NCBI GenBank assembly: GCA_904063045.1 | Contig: CAJFCJ010000009.1 | Span: 476,942 to 540,941 of the forward strand | DNA length: 64,000 nucleotides | Direction: 5' to 3' | Source: Dimorphilus gyrociliatus | Lineage: Eukaryota; Animalia; Annelida | Shown: positions 34,446 to 48,940 of the stretch, piece by piece | How positions within the stretch are numbered: position 1 is the stretch's first letter | Layout of the letters: each line of letters begins with the position of its first letter | Notes under the pieces: model-generated | Database searches by the model: none | What the model was told of the DNA's origin: nothing | Seen by the model: the letters and a program-made list of their open reading frames with translations, nothing else | Program-made: the position numbers and the translations under genes

Positions 34446-35607
34446 TTATTTTTTTCTTCTCTTCCTTAAAGGAGAGGCCAAGTTAGGATCTGGACTCGGA
34501 GATTCGGATTGCGATGGCATTTCTCTATCGTCAACTGCTTTAAAAGTTATTATTACAAACAAATTGAATCAATGATAACCAAGACTTACAATAGGTGGAT
34601 GATTCGGGGAAATTTTTTTCAGTTCCGTCAGAACTATCAGAATTCTGTCCTTTGTTTACAGCATTTATTACAAAGTTTTTCCATACGCTTATATTTAAAG
34701 TATCTTCCCCAGTGTTATAATATACATGATCTAAACATAATTCCATTTCGCTGGCTTTTTTTAAAACATCTTTTTTGTTGTATTCAAAACATATAGACAG
34801 AAGCTTGTGGCATCTACTCAGGATTTGATGCTGGTCATCAGGTAATCGTTTGTCCGAATCTTTAAACATTATCAATTTGAAATATACTTAGAATGGGGCA
34901 ATAGAGGAACCTTACTCTTTATTTCTTCCAACTTAAGTCCTATTCTCTTTAGGATATCCCATTGTAGATCATCGCTCTGTACTAAATAGTTATCACAGCT
35001 AACAACTGTATAAGGAAACTGATCATGAGCATCCTGCTCTTGTATTTGAACAGTATATGCAGTTTCATACAGCTCGCTCAGAGGTTTTTCCGATCGGTTC
35101 ATTTCTATTCCCTAAGAATTTTGACCAATAACATTATTTTTATTTAGCACGATGGCATGTTAAACCAACAATACCTTAACTTTATTCTTTAGATAAGTAA
35201 ACATTTTAAGGAGCGTTGATTTCCTAGGCTTTTCTCCACCTTTCGGATTATTGGGATCTTCGAAAGGTACATCAGGCGGCCAATCTGCAGGTGTTTTGGA
35301 CCAAATACCTCTGGCTAATAAACAAAACTTGTATATTTTGTAATAAAATTTCAAGAAAATTCCCTTTAACAGACTAACCTTTTTTGTATGATTTGTGCTG
35401 TCCATTATTTGTGTAAACGACCATCATGGGAATTATTTTTCTATATAGCTTAACTGGAATTTCTTTTTTACTCTCAGCTGCTATCTCTTCTTTATCTATA
35501 AAGTCCAAAATTTCCTTTCGTGCATTATTTTCACTAACAGTTACCTCCACCACATCCTCATAAGCAGCCGGAGTTCCTCTACAGATAGGCTCAAAGCTAT
35601 CCATCAA
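34446..35607 (-). CDS. Uncharacterised nuclear protein, about 5 exons, with a WPPDVPFEDPN motif and C-terminal RKRRKK
   Basis: Four ORF-track fragments plus a terminal exon 34537-34446 join through phase-consistent 50-70 nt GT-AG introns. Confidence 0.7.
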
Positions 35608-36390
35608 AAGAGTTTATGTCGACTTTATACAAATATCTTCTGACCAAATTTTTTATTTTCTATATTCTTAATCTAAAAAATTGAAGATATAAATTACAAA
35701 TTAAGAATAATAACAAATTTAAATACAAGAGTTGATTTGATCAAAAAACATTTTTTAAATTTCAATCTGACTGATTACGGTTGTAATTACAGTGGTTAGC
35801 TTATCACAATTCGATATTTTAAAACCATACAACCTCTATTTGCTGGTGAACATTGGTTTATGGATAAATTATATTTTAAATTGACACTATCCCAAGTTAT
35901 CAAAATTACACACACATGTTTTAAAGAAAATGTTTTCAATGAAAAATACCTTTTAAAGTTTGTTAGCAGTAGAAACTGACAAAATGGCCGGCTTAAAAGT
36001 AATTGATATACAAAATAAATTTTCTTCGTATTTATATCTCTTTTTTGAAATAATAGATTAGTAAATAATATTTTAGTTTTTTAAAAAAACACCCATGGTT
36101 ATCTTACCATAACCACCAAATTTTAACCATACCTTTAACCATATCAATTAAAGATTGGATTTTACAGAATATCGATCTATATCTTTTGAAATTAATAAAT
36201 TTATTGAAGTATTCTCGTTTTTTATATAGTACAACGATTGGACATTAATCTAAATAAACAAAAAAGTAATATTGACCTATTATCGCTCTTAACAATTGAA
36301 CTACAACAGCACTTTTTAAAATCCCTGTCTGCTATATAAATGTCAAGGCCAGTTTTATAATGATGTTCGTCTGGCCAAAAGTGAATTTTC

Positions 36391-38137
36391 ATGGATAAAA
36401 ACACAAATACGGACCTTGAATACGTGTAAGCTGAGAGTGAAATTCCATTATTTGTTGTGACTTAATTTACCCCATTATTATGTTTTATTTTACTTATTTA
36501 GAATTCAAGTGATAAGTAGGAATATTCAGCTATGCTCAAGTAAGAAACAAGAATCTATAGGTATTTGTAACAAGTTCTCTAAATTACTACATCCTTGGGA
36601 TATTCCAAAAAAAAATGAGAAGCTGAATACAGAATCAGATGAGAAAGCTCCAATGTTATCTGGTAAGATTACAAAGCTTTTTTTTTTATGATATAAAATT
36701 CATCCAGTTTGTTATTGCAACTATAGAGAGAGAGTTAATGACCTTGAGTGAAGCTGATAAAATTCTTGCAAAAGCTGCTAAAACTTTAGCAGATAAAACT
36801 GCAGAAGAAGAAAGATTGCTCGAACTACAGAGGAGAAAAGAGAAACTAGATAGGGTACTTCAAACAAAAGAGTTACTAAAACCTGAGAAACCTGTTAAGC
36901 CTACAAAAGCTATTGAGTTAAAACCCCATAAACCAGTTTCAGAAAAGACCAAAGCTCCACTATCTACTCGAACCCTTTCTAGCAATTCTCAGAAAGGGAA
37001 TCAAGTAAAAACTGCTCCAGTTCCTACCTATAAAACAGCACCATTCAAAACTGATGTAGAAACAAAACGAAAAGTATTGAAGGCTCATAACACGAAAACA
37101 AGTCTAGCAAGGCAAAAGTTAACTAGATCCGCAACAATACAAACTAAGCAAAGTTTAGTAAAGGAAACTCAACAAGCTTTATCAAGCCTCTCTGTTGATG
37201 AAACAGTAACTTCAGAAACTCCAACTATAGATAGTAATCAGAAAGAAGAAACTATTCCATGTCAACCTCATATAGCAAATAAAAAAAATGAAAAAGGAAA
37301 AAATACAGAAATCAATGAGAATACGAAACGTTTCAACATTATGAAAGAAGGGTAAATAGAGAAAAACTATTGTTTAATGTTCTTTTAATACAGAACAAAC
37401 AATTTTATCGACAGGAACAATCTAAAACTACCGCAAAACGTACAAAGATTGGCGCGCTTAAACAGAAAATTTCAGAAACAAATTCGTGACGTTCGCAAAA
37501 AATTGGCAAATAATCCACAGCCTTCTTTTATTACAAATTTAGAAAAAACTGTGTTTTATAATAGTGATAACCGATTAAAGCGTTTATTAAATGTTCAACA
37601 AACAACTACTCGATATACAAATCTTTTCTCAACACTTGAAGAAGCTAGTGCTGCAAGAAATTGGAAACAGGTACCTTTAGATGAAAAATTGAGTATTTGT
37701 AAAGCCTACCAGGCAATTTGCAAGGAGTTTGAAAATTTAACAGAAGCCTATACCAAATTTATAACTGTTCAGAAAAAGTCTTTAAATGGTAAGTGTCAAT
37801 TAATATTTAGACTCATTAACAACTTGTATTATTTTTAGTTTATTCAACCGTAAATGAAAAAGCTCTAAAGAATTTAAAAGCCGTTGGAACACTTTTCAAG
37901 ATTCCCAGAGCCGTCTCTTATAAAAATATAAGAGAAGTTCATGAATATATTAGCATCCTTTGTGATTATAAAGTGACTATAATACGTCTTTTTATATTAA
38001 ATAATTTAGATAATTTAATTAGACAATTAAATATCCAAGTCCAAAAGAATGGAAAGCCGGATGATTGGCAAACCTTTAGAGCCTTATATGCATTATCTTC
38101 TGATAACGGATTACCAACTTTAATAAAATACAGTTGA
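36391..38137 (+). CDS. TEDC2: TEDC2 (C16orf59)-like centriolar protein, about 6 exons
   Basis: N-terminal ISRNIQLCSSKKQ...KLLHPWD...ELMTLSEADKILAKA and C-terminal WQTFRALYALSSDNG resemble the TEDC2 ends as recalled; Lys/Pro/Thr-rich linker between them. Confidence 0.55.
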
Positions 38138-38337
38138 AAAATAATTTTTTATAATATCTAGCTTACAGGAATATTATATGTTAAGGTGATAAATGACGTA
38201 TAACTCTTCAAACAATATAATATCTCTGGGAACAATATAACAAAAGACATCAAAAATTAATAGTCATTCTTTTTTACATGCTGTACAATTCATAACAAAT
38301 CAATATTTAGGTCACCATGCTACAGTTTTTATACTAC

Positions 38338-40493
38338 TTAAGTTTTGTTACTGTAAGTATGATCATTGTCACCCTTCACTGATAAAATTCTTTGGAACCG
38401 ATACTTTGACACGGTAAAGCTGTGCCCATGTCCTCCTGTTAAGGAGGAGGCTGAATCGCTAAATTCTCTATGAACTGGAGTAGTTTTCTGACTAAGTCTT
38501 TTACGAAGTTCATTTAACTCTAACCAAATAGTCTCTTGATGGGCCTCCCCTATTTTCAGTTCTTTTAAATTCTATAATATAAGAATAAAAGCGAAATATG
38601 AACATAGTCAATTATCGACAAGTAAAAATGAAAAGGAAATGCGTACTCTATTGGAGAAGTTTTCCAATTGAGTGACTATTTCAAACCCCTTCGCGTGAAA
38701 CATATCCGTATAAGCAGCCATTCCAATCGACTTTAGCCAATCTTCGACGCTAGTATTCTTATCAATAGCTATAGAACTTGATGTAGTTGAACCTTTTTCC
38801 GGCTCAACTGCAGGAAACGAGTCACCAATGCCAAACTGACCCAAATTAGTAGGAATTGAAATCATTTTTTGTGGAATGGACGGTCTGTAAGTCATTGTAT
38901 TCAGAAAAAAATTACTACAGTCTAAAACAGTACAAATAACAAAAAAAAAAATAAAGTTAGTTCCATATAGGTTAGTAAAAGAGGTAATCGCTCTTCATTC
39001 TAGCCATTCGAGATCTACTTGTGGCCTCAGTTCTGCAAAAATTGTGTTCAATAAATTTAGAGAGAGAACTGAGACAACAAGTAGGTGCATTCAAATGAAG
39101 GGAAATAAAACGGAATACATACTTTCTGGGTACTTCTGGAACAGGTTTCTGAACTTGTTTTTTCATATTTTCTTTTTGTTGTTGTGGTATCATAGATGCC
39201 AACTCCAGAGAATCTCTAATTCGCGTAATGATTTCGTAATTCTCGCGTCCTCTGACCTGTTATATAAACTTATTAGTAATTTTATTTATAAGTTTGTATA
39301 AAATAAGTTGAATAGATACGGTAACGTTGAAGACTTCATCATCATCTAGCTTTTGTCGCTTAGTGGAAACGGTAGTTATCTCAGTATTAATAGCTACTTG
39401 TTGTGGTTTCTCATCCTCTGTTGGTGATGCAATACGAGTTTTCAAATTTTGTACATGATGCTTTTCATCTGCCTTTCTGTCCCGTCCAGGACAGGCACAA
39501 ATTCGTACTTCCACTGCTTGCCTTCCCAGAACATTTCCATGCCGATCTTCCAAAGTAAAGACTAGTTCAATTGGTCTCCTATTCAAACCTCCAACACAAG
39601 ATGAGAAACACATAAATCTAAATATATTTGTGACCCATTCTGCTCCTGGTTGAGGTTGCTCTTGAGGAAAAGTTACACTTTGCCTTAAGGTATATTCATC
39701 AGTAAAATACTCTGCCGTTTTATGTTCACATCGTACTAAATGCTCAGGCGCTGTCATCGTCTTATCTTCCTTTGACGAATGGTTGGGACAGCGCTTAACG
39801 ACCTCTCTAATATGTTCTGGCTTTGTGTATATTGGTATGGCCCTGATAAAACAACTGAACGGCGGGGTTGTAGATGTTTTGAATTTAACTGGACAAGCTG
39901 AATCCATGCGAACGTAAAGCTTATGCAGTGTTTCTGAGTATGTCCACGTGATTGATTTGGTATCTTTCTGTTGCTTTTGAAAGCCTATTTTAAAATCGTA
40001 TTCACCAGCATACGATACATTGGACGGAATGATAGGAGAGCTATGAATTTGAGTAGATTCGGGTAGATTAGGTGACATCTGGTCACAGTAGGAATCCGGA
40101 CTGGTTGGTTTCTGAGTTATAATATTCTAAAAAAAGAAATACAATTTAGTTTTCTTGATTATTGATACTAAGTGAGAATTTACATAATCTGAAATCATTT
40201 CCGCTTGAACACTAGGTTGAATATGATAACGTTCAATCTCCAATAGCGCCGAATCGGATTCACCATTGTGTGCGTACTCAACGTCCACTTGCTTCTCATA
40301 TATGAAATCCCTGTAAGAAAAGGCTCAAGTTATTGATTACTCTTTTATCAATAGTCCTCTCTTTTTACCCTGTTTCTTTAATATCTCTCACGGATTTTAA
40401 AAGCATTTCAAAAGTCTCTTGAGACATTGGAGGCTTTGTTTGACTTTCTTGAGACGAAAGATTTAATTTTTCCTCGCAAGATGTAGGTTCCAT
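38338..40493 (-). CDS. TP73: p53/p63/p73-family transcription factor (TAD, DNA-binding domain, oligomerisation domain, SAM, TI-like tail)
   Basis: PPMSQETF; [16 protein letters not shown]; VVKRCPNH; [15 protein letters not shown]; [13 protein letters not shown]; [10 protein letters not shown]; [20 protein letters not shown]. Confidence 0.96.
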
Positions 40494-40972
40494 AATGTTC
40501 TGTACGGATAAAACAAATTTCCAATTAAGAAGCTTTGCGAAAGCATATCTGAGTCAGTAATGACTTTTCTTTTGTACAACACATTAATGCGGATCGAATC
40601 GGGGTAGAAATTGATCAGGCGTCTGATGAATAGCGTTCCGTTCTATTTACACACAAATCGAAACTGCTTGACATCGAATAAACGTTTGTAAAAACACCGA
40701 CAAAAGCGCCATAGCAAAAGAAGTATCGCTGCACTTTTATAATATGAATTATATCGCATAATCAATGTAACAAACCCTCATTAATTGTCTAATATCAGTA
40801 GTTATAGTCTCATAGCGCGCGTGGTTTTTTTTCTACTAACTCAACTATTTCCGGTTTGCTGCTTCCTGCTTTGTAAAAGCTGTGTTGGTTGATCAGAGAA
40901 TAGCGCCTCCAAGCGCTTCAATACTGGTAGATGATTCATGCGCGAAACATGCGACCGGTTTGATTTGAAACT

Positions 40973-42918
40973 ATGAATTTCTCGGAATGTTTTCAACAAA
41001 CTTCCGATCTGGTGGCTTATTCCCCAGATGGAAACTTTGTGGTTTGTATCATATAGACATACTTTTTCCACTATAACTCTGCTTGTTTATTCAAGTTAAA
41101 ATATTTATTGTTATTTATTTCCTACCTGTCGAATTTTCCAAGTTCTGGCCATCGACATTGATTTCTTTAATATGTAATCGGTTTTTTTTACGTCCTTACA
41201 GGCAAACGCCGTTCAATACCGGCTTGTAGTAAGAGACGCCGAAACTCTGCAAGTAGCGCGTATGTTTACCTGCGTTGATGTGCTGCAGTTTCTCCAGGTT
41301 TGCTATGCAGTGACGTCATACAGATTTTCCCATGTGTCACAAAAGCTTTTCATAGTAGTCTCATTAAATGTTCCCAATAACCCCGTTACTAATGATTTAC
41401 TCTGACTACAAGCGACGCTTTACTTCCAGTGGTCACCAGACTCTCAATTTATACTCTGCGCCCTCTACGACAGAGGAATAATTCAAGTATGATCATTAAA
41501 TTATTCAAAACTTTCATTTATTTCAAGTAACTTTATTAAAAAACACTGCAGATCTGGAATATAGAGCATTCTGAATGGAACTGTAAAATTGATGAGGGAT
41601 CAGCCGGACTAATCGATGCCTGTTGGAGTTCCGATTCCCGCCACATATTAACAACATGGCAATTTTACTTACGCATCACTGTATGGTCATTAGCTGCTAA
41701 AACTGTTTCATATATAAAATATCCCAAAAATTGTCCCAAAAATAAATCTTTCAGTAGAGATGGAAAGTTTCTGGCTCTACTGGAGAGGCGCGATTTCCAA
41801 GACTGTATTAGTATTTTTAATGTAAACTCTAATTGGCAATTACATAAGCACTTCCAATGTGAGACGGAGGATGCTAACGGTATAGAATGGATTCCAGACG
41901 GTAGCGGAGTCGTCGTTTGGGAGTCGCTCATTCCAAATAACTTAATTGTCTATGATATGCAAGGAGTCAAAAAGGCAAACTTTCAGCCAACTTCATCAAC
42001 TGCCGGCTTTCGCTGTCTGCAGTTTGATAAATCAGCTAGTCTATTAGCTGCAGGCTCATTTGATGGACGTCTTTTCATTTTGAATACAGTTACCTGGAAG
42101 GCTCTGTGTATTAGAGGTCACGAAACTGAAATTGATTCTGTTGACACTATTGTGTATCGGCAAGAAAACAAAACACCGGATCTAAGTTTGAAAGATCTAA
42201 AAAGTATTCGACAGTCTATGCAGAGTCATTATGCGTTAGTTGATGACAAGAAGACCGAATTACCTCTAAAAGAGATTTGTGAACAAACGGAAGTTGCTAC
42301 TGGAATATCTCGTCTGGGATTCAGCCACAATTCTCAATTTCTTTATACAGTGAACGGTATTTTGTTTTTTCATTGATCATTTCATGTATAATTTACACTT
42401 CTTTTGATAAATTCATTAATGCAGAATGAGATTACGTGCACCTTGTGTATATTTTACCGTTTTGTCTGTTTGTAGATGCTCATCCTCAATGCTTGTTCAT
42501 TTGGAAAATATCAGAAATCTTTAAGCTTCATTCTGTTCTCATTCATAAAGAAAGCATTACAGGTCAATATATTCAATGAGAATATTTGGTGTTTGTTTAT
42601 GCACTATTTTCTTTCAGATATAGCTTGGGATCCCAACGAAACTCGATTAGCTTTAGCAACGACATGCAATAATCTTTTTATGTGGTCTCCGTCAGGAAGC
42701 CTGTGCGTCAGAATTCCATCAACGCCTAGTTTGTATTATAACCCTTTCATTCATTAGTGTTCAATAAATGAACATATGTTAATCTTTCCTTTATGTCAGA
42801 TATAATGAACGTTTCCGGATTATGCTGGAATAAAAATAGCAAGAGTCTAGCTTTAATGGGAAGCGGTAGTTACTGCGTGTGTTTTTTCTCTAGTGACAAA
42901 CGTTTATCTGAAGCCTAG
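40973..42918 (+). CDS. WRAP73: WD-repeat protein WRAP73/WDR8, multi-exon
   Basis: MNFSECF...YSPDG; VQYRLVVRD; WSPDSQFILCA; WNCKIDEGSAGL; LRITVWSL; YIKYPK; GSFDG; LNTVTWK. Confidence 0.93.
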
Positions 42919-43150
42919 TGATGAAATTTTTCTAATATATAATTCAAAAAACTTTCTTTCTAAATACAGTGAAAAGTATTACAAAACAATCAATAACAAA
43001 ACGGATATTGCAGCGTGCAACATCGAGAGTTATTAGAAAAAACTTTTAATTCATTATAAAATTTTTAACAAAAGTAAAATTCGTTTTTCTTGTATTGAGA
43101 TTAAAGACTGATCATGATTTACTAATAGTTTTAATATCAAAGGTAGATTT

Positions 43151-44252
<1,102 letters not shown>

Positions 44253-44497
44253 TTTTAATAATTCTCTTTAAAAATTTATTTAATATCTTAAATTCTAAGG
44301 TAAAATGTTTTAAAATAATAATTTCGATATACAATAAAAAAATTATTGAATAATAGATGTTTTATAACCTTTCCGCGCTGAAAAAGAACACTGGAGCCTG
44401 CCATTTTTTAAAGAACAGTATTGTATCTTGGTGCCTATAATTCGGCCATATTATATTCCCGAACTTGGTCGTTTCATTTCTATCAAAAACATCGCAA

Positions 44498-46054
44498 ATG
44501 AGAGCCGCATCGAGACCCATTGCTGCGTCTGTTCAGGTAATTAATTACCTTTCTAAGATTTTTTTATTGAAAAATTGAGAAAAAATTGTCATTGACTTTC
44601 ATTCGGCTTATAAAAGTTCGTCCTCGAGTGACCCGTCCTTTATTTTCGCTCGGTTTTTATATTCGCGTTTCTCTTTTCTACAGAAAAGGTTATATGCCAC
44701 ACGTTTGGCTGAACATCAAGAGGCGTCGCGAGTTTCTCTTCCCAAGCAAAGTGCTCAGGTAGATTAATTTGAAATATGACACCAATGACATTGACAGAGA
44801 ATTTTTTTTTAGATAACACGTCTAAATAATGGAGCTTTGGTAACCTCCTTGGAAAATTACGCTCCAATAGCCCATATTTCCATTCTCTTTAAGGCTGGAA
44901 CACGTAATGAAAGCTATGAAAATTTGGGTGTTTGTCACGCTCTAAGGACAGGGGCTGCTCTTAGTACCCAAAATGTAACACAATTTGGCTTAACCAGAAA
45001 CTTGCAGCAACTAGGAGCCGATTTGACTTGCACAACCACTAGAGAACATGTTTGTTACTCACTCCAGGCTGACAGAGACAAATTAACACAAGCTTTTCAA
45101 TTCCTTGGTGAAGCAGCATTTATGCAGAACTTCAAGCGTTGGGAAGTGAAAGATCGCGTTCCCGATTATTTAAATTTGGATTTGGGCAGGCTAGATCTAG
45201 ATTACAATACACGTGTCATTGAATTGTTGCATACAGCAGCTTACAGAAGAACCTTAGCAAATTCCTTGTATATCGATAGGAATAGAATTTCGGGTATCAA
45301 TCATGAAATGATGACATCGTACGCAAAGGATATGTTTACTGCTGGGGACCTGATTGTTTCTGGAGTAGGAGTGGATCACAAAGATTTAGTAAAATTAACA
45401 CAGAGTATGAATGTAACTGGTACAGCAAAAAAACCTCAAGAGGCTGTATTTTATGGAGGTGAACAACGTGTTGACATCCCAGGGGAATTTACATTCGCCG
45501 CTCTAGCCACTAAATCTTCTAGTATAGGCGACAAGGAATACTTTGCAACTTTGGTTTTGCAAAGAATATTAGGTGTTGGACCTCATATGAAATATTCAAA
45601 TACCGGCAAATTGCAAGATGCGGCAAGCAAGGCAGCTAAATCTCCTGTCCAAGTCTCTAGTATGAACTTAGTCTATTCCGATAGCGGTTTATTCGGTGTA
45701 CAGGCTGTTGCAAAATCAGCAGATATTGCTTCTGTTCTTAAAGCAACTACAGAGCAGATTGGACAGGTTGCCTCTGGTTCCGTATCCGCCGAAGCTTTGG
45801 AAACAGCAAAGCGTAGTGTGAAATCTACCATGTGGATGGAGTTGGAGAGTAGTGCTGGCTTAGTACAAGATTTGGCATTGCAAGCCGCTTACAGGGGAGC
45901 CCTTATGGAACCAGCCGAGTTTGGTAAAGCAATCGATGAAGTAGATGCAAGCGCAGTAAAGAACGTCGCTGCTCAAATTTTCAAAGGAAAACCTGCGTTC
46001 GCAGCCGTTGGTAACTTGTCACAAGTACCATATCTTGACGAACTAAAATTATAA
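44498..46054 (+). CDS. UQCRC2: Cytochrome b-c1 complex core protein 2 (M16 peptidase-like), 3 exons
   Basis: Mitochondrial-presequence-like exons 1-2; KAGTRNESYENLGVCHALR, FKRWEV, YSDSGLFG, AVGNLSQVPYLDEL. Confidence 0.94.
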
Positions 46055-46154
46055 AAAAGATTGCGTGTTACTTTAATGTCGAATGGAAAATTAGATGTTT
46101 ATGTGAAAGCCATCCCTTAAAAAAAATAAATTTAACGAAAATTAATTTATTCTG

Positions 46155-47183
46155 TTAAACGTCATATTTAATTTTAACTCCTGGCCAATTTCTTCCGTCA
46201 CCTAATTGTTTAAGAATAGGATGAGCGGGGAAAATAAAATTTATCGGCCAAAATGATCCAAAAACGCTTTGAAAATTGTACGAAATTGGATTAAGAGACC
46301 GAATTCTATTCGGTCGTCGAGTTTTAGCCAGCTCATAAGCTGTTTTGCCGTAATATATAGCAATTAATTGGTACAAAAAAAAGCCCAGACAAACAGGACC
46401 AGACCACCAAAAAGTATATATCTGAATCATAAGTAAGGTATGAATTAGACTAACATCTCCCATCACGAATCGTGTGAGAGTGACTGGAAAAAACCAGTCA
46501 ATGATCGAATGAAATGGATAATAAGTATCTTTCATGTAAACTGCAATGTGGGCTAGTCCCACAAAACTAGCAATAGCTACGTAAAAAGTAAGTATTACGA
46601 AGAAGCGCTGGTTATAGAAGCCAATACAAGTTCCAACTAAGAAACAGTGGTGATCCCTCTTTAATATGCAGCGTTCGCAGATAGGACAATGATGAGATCT
46701 AGGGGGCGCCGGAACTTCACAGGTTTTACAGAATGTCCAGTGCAAATCACTTCTATCGACGCTTCCAAGGTTTATTATCTGTTCTCCAGAGTGGTCGGTA
46801 GAGTTTTCGTATTTCTTCCAGGCAAGATTAACACTATCAGGTCTGTCGTTGTCTTGAGGAACGTGAGTCTTTGTTAATACAGTGAGCATCCAATTGGCAA
46901 TAGTATTTATAAAGACAAACATTGCTATAACCTTCATAAAGTAGACATACTCCCAGCCGAATTGAGAATAGAAATATGGTATAATTTCAGTAAAAGCACA
47001 GTACAACTCAGCAGAACAGATACAGAAGAAATAACCAAAAGAGTAGTATTTTGAAACAGCTACAGATCTTCTTCTATTGCTTTCATAACTCTTCCTCCAT
47101 TTGGACATCAGACTTTCGTTGGGATCAAATCCGACATTTTTTTCCTCCGCATGAAGACGGATAACCGTTGAATTTGAAGACAT
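46155..47183 (-). CDS. DHHC palmitoyltransferase (ZDHHC22/24-like), single exon
   Basis: [44 protein letters not shown] plus four hydrophobic segments. Confidence 0.93.
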   Translation of the reverse strand: MSSNSTVIRLHAEEKNVGFDPNESLMSKWRKSYESNRRRSVAVSKYYSFGYFFCICSAELYCAFTEIIPYFYSQFGWEYVYFMKVIAMFVFINTIANWMLTVLTKTHVPQDNDRPDSVNLAWKKYENSTDHSGEQIINLGSVDRSDLHWTFCKTCEVPAPPRSHHCPICERCILKRDHHCFLVGTCIGFYNQRFFVILTFYVAIASFVGLAHIAVYMKDTYYPFHSIIDWFFPVTLTRFVMGDVSLIHTLLMIQIYTFWWSGPVCLGFFLYQLIAIYYGKTAYELAKTRRPNRIRSLNPISYNFQSVFGSFWPINFIFPAHPILKQLGDGRNWPGVKIKYDV

Positions 47184-47282
47184 CTAAGGTAAGAGTATTT
47201 CTGCCAAGGCCTATTCAATAAGAGAGATTATTGCAGACGATATTAACTGTTGCCTAAGCGACATGGGAAGAATACGGTTGTA

Positions 47283-47297
47283 CACTGCCATCTGTAG
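47283..47297 (-). promoter_or_regulatory. CTCF-like motif CTACAGATGGCAGTG upstream of ZDHHC
   Basis: Match to CTCF core. Confidence 0.55.
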
Positions 47298-48940
47298 GCA
47301 TACATTTATTATATCTAAACAATTAATTTGTATCGGACTTTTGCCAGTAGAGGGGTAGTGGAAATGAAATTCTAAAATGAACGTGGGACGTGTAGACCTA
47401 TTATACTTCTTTGATTCATTTTCTTTGTGAATTTTCTTACTGGTAAAATCAACTTCATTTTCCGCTTTACAACTCTATTACGTCTCAGTTGTCGTTTTTC
47501 TAACTTCAAGTTCATTTATATGCGTAGACTGAATCTTAATATCATGCCATTAATGCCTTGTTTATTTACGCATCATACATTTTGCAGTATGTGTAGACCA
47601 TCTCCGAAAGTATAGAGTAGACCTCATTGTGTTTAAATTAATACACAGTATTTCAACATTATTTCACATAGTACAGCAAATAGCAGTATATATTTATATA
47701 ATATATATATATACTGCATTATATTTCGTACAATGCACACAATTAGTCTACAGTGATAGTATTCAAAAATAATTGCGTGTGGCGCTTGTAAACTTCAAGA
47801 ATTATTATCCGGTATTATTGCTCTTTTGAATATAGGCCTTTCAACTTATCGTAATTTAACGGTTGGCTATAAGTACAACCCTAGGGCACCATCGATAACT
47901 GACCTTTACGGTGTAGGTAGTGTACAAATCTAGTTGAGCAACGACCTTTATAATAAATTTATTAGCTTAGATAAACGCCAATAGAATAAAAGGTAGCTTC
48001 CGTCGCTCAGGCTTCTTCTATACCTGTTAATATAATTTTTCTCATGTTTTGGCAGTTTAACACTTTTTTGCTTAATAGATGTCACTAGTGACTTTTCGCT
48101 TTTAAGGTGTCACCACAGTCGACGCGGTATCGTTCAAAAGAATAAGGGCAGCTTATACCGACGGATTAACGGACCACTCGATCGAGCACGTTGACGGCTG
48201 TGGACAAAAAAAGAAAGAATGCTACGTTCGATCTTGCTTTTGGCCTTTCTATCGAATTCGGTAACAAAAATCTCTTTCACTTTGAGTACGTCGTACTATA
48301 GTAGTGTATTCGATAATCAAAAAAAACTTTTCCGATTACGTTATAAGCAAAGAATTGTATTTGCATAAATGCGTTTAGAAGAGAATGATATCGAAACTAA
48401 TAGAGTAGTACATCTAGTCCTCTTTTTTTTCCTTGGAGTCTTTTCAGAGTTTTGTATAAAACGCTCCCCAAAGACGCTAATCTGCACCCGAACAAACGCG
48501 CCCATTAATTGTTCCGTTAGTTAATTAACGTTTCTTAGGCTCAAATCGAACGCGTTCGAATCGCCTCACTGACCTGGTCTACCGATATCCGTTCCCGTTT
48601 GGCAAACACACGAATAGATGCTCTAATAGAAAATGAAAGCAATTCTACTGTCAAGACGACGCTCAAGCTTCGCATACCCCGTTCTGCCTACGTATGTAAT
48701 TTGACGGTGTAAGTTCGTTTATTTTTTCGCTTTTCCTCCGGGGAGAGTTCGGGAAGCGTTGAAAATGAAGTTTTTATTGCGACAGATTCGACGCTTGGGG
48801 TAATACTGATCGGGCCAGAGTCACCGACAGGGCTAAGGATACTGAAAAAGTAAAGGGGTGAGAAAAAAATTCCTTCTTATCGATCTTTATGCTATGCGTA
48901 GTTATATGGTATCGAATTCAGCCCTACCGACACAATAGAA

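Noticed and set aside
36096-36115. 7-bp hairpin TGGTTAT...ATAACCA upstream of the TEDC2-like gene
   Set aside because: Too short to be significant in AT-rich DNA; not a good X-box match.
40936-40955. CATG-containing words as a p53 autoregulatory element
   Set aside because: Do not fit two RRRCWWGYYY half-sites.
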